Source: an uncultured bacterium
GTDB lineage: Bacteria > UBP14 > UBA6098
Assembly: GCA_964459995.1 (NCBI GenBank)
Contig: CAYWOR010000009.1
Location: 36,891 to 100,890 of the forward strand
Direction of reading: 5' to 3'
DNA length: 64,000 nt
A model generated the notes under the pieces. It did no database searches. It was not told the DNA's origin and worked only from the letters and a program-made list of their open reading frames with translations. Shown here one piece after another: positions 39,198 through 48,695 of this stretch. Made by a program: the position numbers and the translations under genes. How positions within the stretch are numbered: the first letter of the stretch is position 1; each line of letters starts with the position of its first letter.

Positions 39198-41270
39198 TTA
39201 AGTTTCCTTCCTAAGGAAAATCTGATTTTGAATATAACGGCTAATTTTGCGGCAGAAGGTCTGATAATCGCGGTAATCTTCGGGCGGGATGATTCGTGCT
39301 TTGAGATCATAAACCCCCTCGAAAAGAACTCCCTTTTGCGTTTCGCGATAGTTTGCCTTGAAATAAGCATATTGGCTCTCGATTTCGATATCCTCCGGAA
39401 GGGCTTCGATAACGATGTTCTGCGGAAATTCAAACTCCACATGGAAGGATTCGCGATATGGTGCAGTGTATTCGATTGGGAATTTCCGCTCTTTAAGCGA
39501 AACCTCATCGAAAACAAGAATGTTCTCTATTTCCGGGACTTTCACGAGCCACAAATCCCCCGCGAAAGAGGGGTAGGATTCAACCCGAAGTTTCATCTCC
39601 TCGCGAAAAGGCACCGAAAGGTCATCGGCTCCCGGAAGCTCCCACGAAACAACCTCCGCGCCCGAGATTGTATAGCTCATCCAATTTTGAAGAATTATTC
39701 CCCTGCGCTCAACAGGTTGCATTTCCCAAAAACCGCGAAAATCCGCCTCGTAATTGCCAATGAAGCCTGCCGTGTAGTTCGCTGTCATGTTGCCCTTCTC
39801 GTCGATAAAGGCTTTTATGTCGATATGACGTGCATTTTCCTCAGGCGGCGGTGTCGATGTCATCCCCCAACGTCTGCAAAGGGCGCAAACATAGGTTACA
39901 CCGACATCGTCCGACCGGTAATAGGGAAATTTATGTGTTGTCGAGGTGGGATCGAGGAAAATCTCCTCGCCGTCGTAATAAATTAGTGTTATCGCATGAT
40001 TGCCGTCAAAACCGGGAATATCCCGCGGGATTTCCTCTTCATCGTTTGTCATGATGATTATCGGATAAGCCTCTACGCCTATTTCGCGTAGCATCGTGGA
40101 TAGAAGTATCGATTTGTCGGTGCAGTCGCCATATTTTTTCTCGAATGTAAATTGCGCTTCGTGGCCGGTTTGACCGCTGGCAACAGAGCCTTTAATGCTT
40201 ATATAATGTATTTCGCGCTGAACCCAAATGTAGATTCTTCCGATCGAATCGGCCATATCTATCGCACAATCCGTGATTTCAGCGACTTTGGCTTTTATCT
40301 CGTCCGTGGCCACCATGCGTGCGCTGTTCAATCCGCCGAGCCAATCGTAAATATAATTCCAATCGTGGAAAAGACTTGCGTTGAAATGGGGGACAAGGTC
40401 CGCGTAGGATGGCGCTTTTGGCTCGTTCAGGAAGGGCGTCGTGTTTTCGATTAACCAGTCGTATGTTATGAAGTTCTCATCGCGTGTGATTTTGGGCGAG
40501 TTATTGTCCTTAGGCCAATTGTAATTCTTGAAATTCAAATCCTTCCCAATTGGGACGACAACAGTGCAATGGCTTTTGACAGTAGGGACTTCGTCCTGAA
40601 AATAGAAACCCGCGGAAAAGAAATTTGGGTCGAATGGATTATAAGTCGTTGTCTCGTAAGCGTATTCGACAATAGAACCGATTCCGACCTCGGGGAATGC
40701 CGCGGACAGAATTTTGCCATAATCGAAAAAGACACCCCCTTCGGAAGGCTCGGTTATCACATAATCGGAGGTATCCCACCATGCGATTTCGCCCTCGGGC
40801 GATATTACTCGTGCGAAAAGTATCTTCGCTCCGCTACGGCCCTCTTCGAACCACAGCGGACGGTGTCCCCATCCAAGGGTGCTCTGGTCGAGAATTCTTC
40901 CTGCGAAGTGGTAGCTGTAAGACCTCGTCCCATCGAGGTTTAGCTTATATGTGCCGTGATCGACAATGACTATTCCGGAAGCATCGGGGTATTTTTCTTC
41001 GACAATTTCGGCTTGTTCGAAAAGATAATCGATGTCGGATAATATTTCAGAAAAGCCCTGTCCGGCCTGTTCGCCTATAGGGGCGTATCGCTTCGTTCCG
41101 AGTGTGATTCGCGAAATTTCGCTCCGATCGAAAGCTTTGCCGTCGAGAAGCAGTTTGCCGTTGCGATATTCGAGATTCGAGCCGGATATCAATCGGCCGT
41201 CGGACATATCGACAACATCAGCATATGAGGCGATTAAGAGAATCAGGATAAAAACAAGTAGTTTGCGCAT
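39198..41270 (-). CDS. secreted transglutaminase-like cysteine-protease-fold protein (DUF3857-like N-terminal domain + transglutaminase core)
   Basis: 690 aa; signal peptide; transglutaminase-like core with Cys in GDCTDKSILLSTMLREIGVEAY and His/Asp downstream. Confidence 0.65.
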   Translation of the reverse strand: MRKLLVFILILLIASYADVVDMSDGRLISGSNLEYRNGKLLLDGKAFDRSEISRITLGTKRYAPIGEQAGQGFSEILSDIDYLFEQAEIVEEKYPDASGIVIVDHGTYKLNLDGTRSYSYHFAGRILDQSTLGWGHRPLWFEEGRSGAKILFARVISPEGEIAWWDTSDYVITEPSEGGVFFDYGKILSAAFPEVGIGSIVEYAYETTTYNPFDPNFFSAGFYFQDEVPTVKSHCTVVVPIGKDLNFKNYNWPKDNNSPKITRDENFITYDWLIENTTPFLNEPKAPSYADLVPHFNASLFHDWNYIYDWLGGLNSARMVATDEIKAKVAEITDCAIDMADSIGRIYIWVQREIHYISIKGSVASGQTGHEAQFTFEKKYGDCTDKSILLSTMLREIGVEAYPIIIMTNDEEEIPRDIPGFDGNHAITLIYYDGEEIFLDPTSTTHKFPYYRSDDVGVTYVCALCRRWGMTSTPPPEENARHIDIKAFIDEKGNMTANYTAGFIGNYEADFRGFWEMQPVERRGIILQNWMSYTISGAEVVSWELPGADDLSVPFREEMKLRVESYPSFAGDLWLVKVPEIENILVFDEVSLKERKFPIEYTAPYRESFHVEFEFPQNIVIEALPEDIEIESQYAYFKANYRETQKGVLFEGVYDLKARIIPPEDYRDYQTFCRKISRYIQNQIFLRKET

Positions 41271-41318
41271 TGTTCCTCGATTAAAAGTCTTTCAAATAGA
41301 TTGAGGCATTGTTATTAG

Positions 41319-41804
41319 CTATTTTGACGCGAGAAGTTCCTCGTATTTGCTCTTGACTTGATCAATATGGTCTTTCACACTGACCTTTTGCCAAAAGTGC
41401 GCGATGTTTCCTTCGGGATCAATAATGAAGGTGCTCCTTAGCACTCCGTAATACTCGCGACCGGCCATTTTTTTCAATTGCCAAACACCAAATTTCGCAA
41501 CGACTTCTTTTTGAACATCACTCAATAGAATTATACCGAGATTATGCTTATCGATAAATTTGCAGTGGCTTTGCGGAGAGTCGGGGCTAATACCTACAAT
41601 AACAGCCCCACGGGAGTCAAACCAGTCTTTTTCGTAAGTAAATTCGACAGCCTCCAAAGTGCATCCTGATGTGTTGTCCTTTGGGTAGAAATACAAAATC
41701 AGCCATCTGCCGGAAAAATCTTCGATACAGACAAGTTTTTCATTTTTGTCTGGAAGGCAGAATTGAGGGGCTTTTGCGCCTATCTTGAGTTCGATATCTT
41801 TCAT
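41319..41804 (-). CDS. bcp: peroxiredoxin (Bcp/thiol peroxidase, AhpC-TSA family)
   Basis: Peroxidatic Cys in the PKDNTSGCTLEA context; start at MKDIELK (41804) with a GGAGG RBS. The first ATG of the ORF (41816) lies within the RBS. Confidence 0.8.
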   Translation of the reverse strand: MKDIELKIGAKAPQFCLPDKNEKLVCIEDFSGRWLILYFYPKDNTSGCTLEAVEFTYEKDWFDSRGAVIVGISPDSPQSHCKFIDKHNLGIILLSDVQKEVVAKFGVWQLKKMAGREYYGVLRSTFIIDPEGNIAHFWQKVSVKDHIDQVKSKYEELLASK

Positions 41805-41875
41805 GCAAACCTCCACTTTCCACGAATATAGACTCTAAAAGTGAAAAATCAAATGCAAATTCTTCAAAAAGGGGC

Positions 41876-41904
41876 TTGACAGTTTGAAAATACGCGTATA
41901 TTAT
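41876..41904 (+). promoter_or_regulatory. sigma70 promoter of lexA (TTGACA-17-TATTAT)
   Basis: TTGACA at 41876-41881 and TATTAT at 41899-41904; ~30 nt upstream of the lexA ATG, with a GGAGG RBS. Confidence 0.6.
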
Positions 41905-41908
41905 GCAT

Positions 41909-41922
41909 AGAACAAATGTTCG
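41909..41922 (+). promoter_or_regulatory. putative LexA operator (Cheo-box-like AGAACAAATGTTCG, GAAC-N4-GTTC)
   Basis: An inverted repeat of GAAC/GTTC arms 4 nt apart, immediately downstream of the -10 element of the lexA promoter; matches the Gram-positive-type SOS-box consensus CGAACRNRYGTTYC. Confidence 0.55.
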
Positions 41923-41935
41923 CATGGAGGAGAAT

Positions 41936-42541
41936 ATGGCCGAAAAGCTTACGAAACGTCAAAGTGAAGTCCTTCAAGAGATTAAATCGCATTATCGCCG
42001 CGAAAAAATCGCACCGAGTGTCCGAGAACTCGCAGAAAAGCTCAAAATTACACCCTCGACAACTCACAAACTTCTCAGAATCTTACAGAGCAAAGGTTAT
42101 ATTGAGCTTAGGGACAATATTTCCCGCGGGATTGTCCTTCCAAAGGCGGTTTCCGGGAATTCCATACGGGTTCCGGTTATCGGAAGAATTCCCGCCGGAA
42201 ATCCGGTTCACGCTGAGGAGGTCTTCGAGGGGCATATCGAGATTGACCCGGAGCTTGTTCCACGAGGCGAACTGTTTGCCCTTAAGGTTATGGGAGACAG
42301 CATGATAGGCGCTTCGATTATGGACGGCGACACCGCAATTATTCGACATCAGGAGGATGCCGATTCGGGAGAAATAGTCGCGGTTGCAATAGATGGCGAG
42401 GCAACTCTGAAGCGTCTCAGAATTAACGATTCGAGGACATTTCTTCATCCGGAAAACACAGATTTTTCTCCTATAGAACTTAGTCCCGAACAGGATATAC
42501 GGATTTTGGGCAAACTGGTGGCTGTTATTCGCAAATATTAA
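41936..42541 (+). CDS. lexA: LexA repressor (S24 peptidase family)
   Basis: N-terminal winged HTH (SVRELAEKLKITPSTTHKLLRILQSKGYIEL); A-G cleavage site in IPAGNP; catalytic Ser in VMGDSM and catalytic Lys in EATLKRL. Confidence 0.9.
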   Translation: MAEKLTKRQSEVLQEIKSHYRREKIAPSVRELAEKLKITPSTTHKLLRILQSKGYIELRDNISRGIVLPKAVSGNSIRVPVIGRIPAGNPVHAEEVFEGHIEIDPELVPRGELFALKVMGDSMIGASIMDGDTAIIRHQEDADSGEIVAVAIDGEATLKRLRINDSRTFLHPENTDFSPIELSPEQDIRILGKLVAVIRKY

Positions 42542-42642
42542 TGAAAAAACCAAAATCAAACTTGAAAGAGGAGTAGAAAATACCTATCATAAATTGATAT
42601 TAGGTCTTGGCTAACCGCTTTTGACGTTCGATTGAGGTCACA

Positions 42643-43239
42643 ATGCCACGGTTCAATAACCTGACTACTTATAGATGCGATTTTCCTTCCGCAGTTAGAA
42701 TAGTCCTTATACTTATGCCCCTTATGCTCGTATTTTCTCTATTCGCGCAGGAAGCGACCGCGCCTTTCGAGATCGACGTTACGGTTAATTATATCGATCT
42801 CGAGCTTCGGACGACCGGCGGATCTCCCTATATCGCTTGGTGGATCAGCATGGTTGGAAGCGGCGACACGGTCGGAATGGAACTTGGCGAAGTAGTTCAT
42901 TTGATAAACCGAAGCAATGTGAATGTCGATCTATATTCTACGATCATCGATTCTCCCGACAGTGCTTCGTCCGATACCCTTTGGCCAGTTTGGGAAGTTG
43001 CACCCTTTGGAGGTCACGATTCGATTGGTTTCCGATGGGCGAGCTTAATCGACCTTCTGATTCCACCTTTTTCTACTGGGCAGACGATTCTATCTTCCCC
43101 AAGCCTCGTGGAGCTGACAATCCCATCGGCAGAGAATAGATACCTTTATGGATGGTTTATCGCGCCCACAGAGGGCGAGCCGGGAGAACGACACAGATTG
43201 TTATCGACAATTACTTTAACACCGGCAATGGTGCCATAG
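42643..43239 (+). CDS. small secreted hypothetical protein (paralogue 1 of a TVTVN(Y/F)I(D/E) family)
   Basis: 198 aa; signal peptide (cleavage near FAQEA); shares the N-terminal block FEIDVTVNYIDLELRTTGG with the next gene; no recognised domain. Confidence 0.5.
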   Translation: MPRFNNLTTYRCDFPSAVRIVLILMPLMLVFSLFAQEATAPFEIDVTVNYIDLELRTTGGSPYIAWWISMVGSGDTVGMELGEVVHLINRSNVNVDLYSTIIDSPDSASSDTLWPVWEVAPFGGHDSIGFRWASLIDLLIPPFSTGQTILSSPSLVELTIPSAENRYLYGWFIAPTEGEPGERHRLLSTITLTPAMVP

Positions 43240-43273
43240 ATTTGTTTTGTAAAATCCAAATAGGAGGAGAAAA

Positions 43274-43828
43274 ATGAAAAGAGCTATGTTAATCGGGTTG
43301 TTTGCGATACTCGTCGCGACGGCAAGTTTTGCTCAAGTAACCGATGATTTCACAATTACTGTAACTGTGAACTTCATCGAATTCCAGCTTATGACTGCGG
43401 ATAGCAGTGGAGCCTATCCCGGATGGGCGGTCGGCAACATGAACGAGGGAGAAACGGTTGTAATGACCACCGGCGGAGGCGGAGATCACATCTATGTTAA
43501 GAACCTCAGCAATGTTCCACTCGATTTCAGCGCATACAGTAATTCACCGGCACCGGCTGGGTGCGGATACGGAACCCCCACTGCTTGGAATCCCGGTGCG
43601 GCCGCCGGAACCGACATCTATCTTTTAGAGCTTGGTAAAGGCGCGGCTGGAGTGGTTCCCGCTACATACACAATCATCGACGGAACAAACATCGTGTCTT
43701 CGGACCTTTACTACACGACAATTGCGGGGGAAAGCTACCATATGTATTCGAGATTCACAACCCCAATTTCCGCGAGCGACGGTTGTCCTCATAACATAAC
43801 AGTTACAATCGTTGCGGCTACTCCCTAA
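43274..43828 (+). CDS. small secreted hypothetical protein (paralogue 2)
   Basis: 184 aa; signal peptide (SFAQV); block FTITVTVNFIEFQLMTADSSG homologous to the previous gene; Gly/Thr/Ala-rich. Confidence 0.5.
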   Translation: MKRAMLIGLFAILVATASFAQVTDDFTITVTVNFIEFQLMTADSSGAYPGWAVGNMNEGETVVMTTGGGGDHIYVKNLSNVPLDFSAYSNSPAPAGCGYGTPTAWNPGAAAGTDIYLLELGKGAAGVVPATYTIIDGTNIVSSDLYYTTIAGESYHMYSRFTTPISASDGCPHNITVTIVAATP

Positions 43829-43854
43829 TCGAATTCCAAAGCTTGGTTCGAATA

Positions 43855-43884
43855 CGGCAAGTCTGCAAAGGCTTGCCGTTTTTG
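43855..43884 (+). terminator. rho-independent terminator (CGGCAAG...CTTGCCG + TTTTT)
   Basis: A 7-bp GC-rich stem followed by a T-run directly after the paralogue-2 stop. Confidence 0.7.
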
Positions 43885-44059
43885 TGGGATACATTCGATA
43901 TCCCATCATTTCCACAAGCCGGCGCGCACTTTTTCTCGCTTGCGATTTGTTTTTTTGCAGATTACTTTGCTTCTCAGTTGAAAGAATAACATCTCGTTAT
44001 GTGATTGCGTGGATTATCGGCTTTTCCAGATAACTAAAATTCCTAACTAAGGTGAAAAA

Positions 44060-46293
44060 ATGAAGAAGATCCAAATTTTGTTTGTGGCCATTATAAGCCT
44101 TTCTCAAGCGGTTTTGGCGCAGAGTGTAACAATGAACATCCCCAAAGATCCGATAGGTATTGCCGAGGATATTATTGCCCCGGTCTATGAGATCAAATCA
44201 CCGGAAACTACCGATTTGCATCGAAGATTTCACATGATGACTCCGCTGGATTCTATTTTTATCGAGGTTGTTCTGCCGCCCGGGGCTTATGCGGCGATTT
44301 ATGTTGATGTAACCGCCGAAAGCATCGCCTATTGCAACCCCCCAGAGTTACCATTGGACAGCGCGATGAAATATTGGGTCGAACACTCTCCATATGGCCT
44401 AAAGCTTCAGCTCGAGCAGAACCTCGCCGCTCTAAATCCTTCTTACTATTCGATTTATGACGATTTGCTCCGCAGTGCAGATCCTCTTTGGCGCGATGAA
44501 ATTCTCTATTGCCTCGCTCATCTTGCCCGCGAGATTCTCGAACTGCCGGAGATGAGTTTTCTTCTCGATGAGAATGTTCGCGGAATATATGCAATGGATT
44601 CTCTGCTTTCCTATGTCGAGATTATCGACCTTGGCACTCCGGGAGGAGGCGATCATCGCACAGAGGCGCATTATCTCACAATAGACACGGGCATGGTAGG
44701 ATATGAGACGATCGTCTTGGATTCCGAGATGTATTATCGATATGTCATGTTCCCTAAAATAACCGACGAGATTCCGGGATATATCGAACCGCACACCGGC
44801 GACAGAATCGACCCTTGGTATGGCTGTTTCTGGCGGACGTGGTTTTGGGATATCGAGGAAACAATCGGAGGGACTTATTATTGGCCGCTTGGAGATTCGC
44901 TTTGCCGTGTTTCGACGCTGTGGAGCGGTATTTTCAATAATGCCGCCGATAATGGTGCTGTCGGAGTGGTTACCTCATGGATTCAGAACAGTCTCGATTT
45001 CGATTCAGATGCCGAAAGACCGCATCAGCCGGTTCGAATCTACGCAAAACACAAAGGAAGATGCGGCGAACACGAGGATATAACTGTCGCCGCGGCACGA
45101 ACCGCGCTTCTTCCGGCGAGAGGCATCGAATCGATCAGCACCGACCATGTTTGGAACGAATTCTGGACAGGATGGCGTTGGGCGGGTTGGGAACCGGTCA
45201 ACAACTATGTCGATCATCAGTGGGTCTATGCCGACGGCTGGGGAAAAGAGTTCGCGACAGTGTATGAACATACCGGCAAAGGTAGAATGGAGCCGGTTAC
45301 AAGAAGATACTCCCATGAAATCGCGGAGATAAACATCACCGCGACAGATGCAGTCGGAAGACCTGTCGATGGTGCAAAGCTTATGATTGCCGCAGAAAGC
45401 GGGACATCTATTTATTACGACTGTATTCTCTTCACCAATAGCAGAGGCAAAGCCAAAGCGGTCGTCGGTGACAACAAGCATATGTATTACAGAGTTGATT
45501 CTGAGATTGGATGTAATCCCGAACCGGGGTTTGTGTCGAACCTTGTTACAAATACGATGGACGGAATCGTTTACAGCCGGACAGCCTCGATTCCTGGGAA
45601 TATGCCATATCACACCTATTCTTTGGCCGACAGCACAGATTCTCCGACTGCATATTTAGGCGCGCGAGTTCGACCGGTTGGTGAATTCATCGAGTATGCC
45701 GCACCATTCGATGATATTTTAGCGACATATTATCACTGGGAGGATGATGCCTACGGCTACGCCCTATTCGCTCTCACAGAGGACCAATTCCCTATTTTCG
45801 AGTCAGGAGGGGATTTCGCCGCTTTGATTATGCATGAGCGTTGCGACTTCGCTTCTTTCGAGATTCCGGTCGAAAATAGCGGTTATTGGATTGTTCTTTC
45901 CAATCGTGAGAATGTTAAGAATACCCTTGTCGGCGAATTGGCGGTAATGCTCCATCGGACTTCGTCAGGAATACCCTCGACGGAAATGCCGGTGAATATC
46001 TCTCTCGGTGCATATCCGAATCCTTTCAATTCCGCGGTTAAGATTGTTATCGAGGGGGGGCGGATTTGAAGAAAGAGGCCATAACGATTGAAATCTGCGA
46101 TATAACCGGACGAAAAGTAGATGAGATTAGAATATCCGGTTCGAATTTCGATCCTGCCTTTGGGGCTTCTCGAAACGGAGGCAATCTCGAATTCATATGG
46201 CAACCTTCGGAGTCAACACCCTCGGGAGTTTATCTAATTCGTGCGAAGATCGGCAAAGAGACACATACCAAACGCGCGATATTATTGAGATAA
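44060..46293 (+). pseudogene. secreted transglutaminase-like protein with T9SS C-terminal sorting domain, interrupted by a -1 frameshift at a G7 homopolymer
   Basis: Signal peptide; transglutaminase-like core (HKGRCGEHEDITVAAART...DHVWNEFW). The CTD begins ...YPNPFNSAVKIVIEGG in the 44060..46069 frame and continues EAITIEICDITGRKV...VYLIRAKIGKETHTKRAILLR in ORF 46066..46293. One extra G in the 46054-46060 run restores a single ORF. Confidence 0.7.
46054..46060 (+). repeat. poly-G (G7) homopolymer at the frameshift site
   Basis: GAGGGGGGGCGG seen directly; G8 would give in-frame ...IEGGADLKKEAITIE... Confidence 0.9.
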
Positions 46294-46378
46294 CTTAGCG
46301 AGCCTTTTGCAGAAAATGCCCTCGCGAGTAGATTCTTTCGTGAGCGTAATTTTAAGACGATTGCGGTTGTGAAAAAGC

Positions 46379-46879
46379 TTACCTGCGAATAGCCTCTCCA
46401 ATAGACCATTCGAGAGTTGCCATGTTCCGAATATATGCGCTGTCGGGCAAAAGAGGGGGGACGGAAACACTATCAACAATGTTGCCCTCTGTATCGAAAA
46501 GCCCCACCCATTCGCCATCTGCACTGATACGGAAACCGGCGTGATTGGATCCCTGTTCGGGTTGTCCATCGCACCATATTAGCATTGTCGAATCAGACAA
46601 AAGCGACGTTGGTGCGGGGAATACATATCGAATCGAATCTGGTCTATCAGAAAGAACCCAACCGCTGAGTATTACCGAGGTGTCTTGTGGGTTGTAAATA
46701 ACTACAAAATCGTCGAATTCTCCGAACTCGTCAGCTTCAATTGAGGTGTTATTGGATACGATTTCGATCATATAGACTGTGTGCCAAACGCTCGGTGGCT
46801 CGGAATCCGGTTTGTATGGCGATTTTGTGCATCCAAAAAATAGGATAACAGCCGAAAGTATGGGGAAAAGCGCTCTCAT
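46379..46879 (-). CDS. lamin-tail-domain (LTD) lipoprotein
   Basis: 166 aa; lipobox FFGCTK; LTD-like core (IEIVSNNTSIEADEFGEFDDFVVIYNPQDTSVILSGWVLSD...IRYVFP); last gene of the operon. Confidence 0.55.
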   Translation of the reverse strand: MRALFPILSAVILFFGCTKSPYKPDSEPPSVWHTVYMIEIVSNNTSIEADEFGEFDDFVVIYNPQDTSVILSGWVLSDRPDSIRYVFPAPTSLLSDSTMLIWCDGQPEQGSNHAGFRISADGEWVGLFDTEGNIVDSVSVPPLLPDSAYIRNMATLEWSIGEAIRR

Positions 46880-47805
46880 TAAAACCTCGCTGAAGCTTGA
46901 ATTTTCAGTTCAGAGCGTGGCGAATCACTTTCGATAAAGCTTGTCTGCGCACATAAGCGAGTTTTTGTTGTCGGATCGAAAGCTACGCCGAGATGTGCCC
47001 GATTCTCCGAATCCGATTCTTCGGAAATGCTTTCGTAATGAACATAAGGGGTGAATTTACCGATGGAATATTTAACCCAAGCCTGCCAACCTTCGAATTC
47101 TTCACCGCTGAGAATGCTATTTCCGGTTATAAATTCACCTCCGAATTCGCCACCCAAGTATTGGGCAATTGTGCCGATTTCCCACGCATTTCGCCATTCG
47201 AGGCCGAGGCTGTCGATTCCGGTTCCGAAAGAACCGACGATATCTATAGATTTGGTCGGCGAATAGATTAGTCTTCCGGAGAAATGCTTCTCGCTGGTGC
47301 GGACATCATAGTCCCTTCCGTTGAAAAGCCCGAAGTCATACTCGATTTGATATGGTTCCTGAAAGAATTTTCCAATGATCCATGCGCCAATATCTCTGTC
47401 GAGATAGCCGGTGTCATCGAGAAGTGCGTGAACTTCGCTCCAATCAGCAGATGGCGAGTCGTTTAAACCAAGTAATTCTTCGATTCCGAAGGGTTTGCGT
47501 CGTCTTCCGATTCCGACACTAAATGCCCTGCTTTGTTTCCATTCGATATAGGCATCCCGAAGGCCGGCAAAGCTCGAATTAAGGTCGAAAGATAACCTTG
47601 TAGAAATTAAAAGGCTGTCCTCCGAAATGAAATCGGCATCTAATTTTGCACGGATTCTTCGAAGATAGAACTCGTTATTTGGATAAATCTCGCGTGAATC
47701 CCATTTCCATCCGGCAATAACCTCACCGCCGACATCGATATCGACCTTAGCAGTAACAAATCCGCAAAACAGAATGAAAGAAGCAATAAAAAGCCGAGGG
47801 TTCAT
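46879..47805 (-). CDS. porin-like outer-membrane beta-barrel protein
   Basis: Start at MNPRLFIASFILFCGF (signal peptide); alternating amphipathic beta-strand pattern; C-terminal ...IQASARF with an aromatic terminus; 4-nt overlap with the upstream gene. Confidence 0.5.
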   Translation of the reverse strand: MNPRLFIASFILFCGFVTAKVDIDVGGEVIAGWKWDSREIYPNNEFYLRRIRAKLDADFISEDSLLISTRLSFDLNSSFAGLRDAYIEWKQSRAFSVGIGRRRKPFGIEELLGLNDSPSADWSEVHALLDDTGYLDRDIGAWIIGKFFQEPYQIEYDFGLFNGRDYDVRTSEKHFSGRLIYSPTKSIDIVGSFGTGIDSLGLEWRNAWEIGTIAQYLGGEFGGEFITGNSILSGEEFEGWQAWVKYSIGKFTPYVHYESISEESDSENRAHLGVAFDPTTKTRLCAQTSFIESDSPRSELKIQASARF

Positions 47806-48695
47806 TGTTCGATTTCCATATCGTCTATTTCGGAGGATTTTTCGCGTTTCCACGCGATGCGAAGAATATCAGCGCTGTTCAATTCCTCAGCTACGTTGTT
47901 TCTATCGATATTCCCGGAAATCTCGACCTCGATCTCTGTTTGATCTTTCTCGGGTCCGCGGTCGCTTCTTACTCGCTTGATTTTATATACGATGTCATCG
48001 TCGTCGAGAAGATCTTTAATCTGGGTTAATGTTGCATCCGGATTCGTTGTTCGGACACGCAGGTTCCAATTCCAATTTGTTGAGAATAATGATTTTTTGA
48101 GACCTTTTGGCATATGTTCGAAAAGGAACACCATCGCGACGATATAGAGCGTTACAATAATCGCCAAAGGATACAGCCCGACTCCGCATGCCATGCCCAC
48201 ACCGAGCGCTATTACCAGCGAACTTGCCTCTTTAGGGGATTTAAGTGAATAACGATAGCGCACGATCGACGCCGCGCCCATAAGCCCAAAAGCGCGTGCA
48301 ATCTGGCTTCCGATAATCATCATCATAAGCGCCGCGGCAATCGAGAGAACGATATGCGCCTCGGTGAAATCCATCTGTGCCTTCCCGCCGCCGCTCCGGT
48401 AGCTTATTAGCCCCGATAATACGGATGTAAGCAGAAGGGTTGCGAGAATATTTAGTGCACTGCTCCAGTCAGTGTTCCAGAGCGGTTTCAGAGGAGCTCC
48501 GCCCTCCGCCGGAGGGCCTTCGGATCGGGTCTGTCCCGATGATGAGGAGAAAATCGAATCGACAGTCTGCGCGAGCAGAGTAGTTGAGATATCAATTCTG
48601 TCGAAAAGCTTCCCATGACCAAGTAAAGCAATCATCGCGATAATCGCGAGAATTATCAAAGCAGTTCCCCAGAAACGCGAATGGATTAATTTCAT
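47802..48695 (-). CDS. DUF4956-like integral membrane protein
   Basis: 297 aa; 4-5 TM helices followed by an acidic C-terminal soluble tail; resembles the DUF4956 family that co-occurs with VTC/polyphosphate-related genes; ATGA overlap with the upstream gene. Confidence 0.45.
   Translation of the reverse strand: MKLIHSRFWGTALIILAIIAMIALLGHGKLFDRIDISTTLLAQTVDSIFSSSSGQTRSEGPPAEGGAPLKPLWNTDWSSALNILATLLLTSVLSGLISYRSGGGKAQMDFTEAHIVLSIAAALMMMIIGSQIARAFGLMGAASIVRYRYSLKSPKEASSLVIALGVGMACGVGLYPLAIIVTLYIVAMVFLFEHMPKGLKKSLFSTNWNWNLRVRTTNPDATLTQIKDLLDDDDIVYKIKRVRSDRGPEKDQTEIEVEISGNIDRNNVAEELNSADILRIAWKREKSSEIDDMEIEQ

Noticed and set aside
39017-39517. 166-aa minus-strand ORF overlapping the AsnC-domain gene and the intergenic region
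   Set aside because: It is basic and low-complexity, overlaps the 79-aa ACT/RAM-domain gene in another frame and spans a non-coding gap. It is likely spurious.
46066-46293. 75-aa TTG-initiated ORF MKKEAITIEICDITGRKV... as an independent small gene
   Set aside because: It is the 3' portion of a T9SS C-terminal sorting domain displaced by the G7 frameshift. It was merged with 44060..46069 as one disrupted gene.
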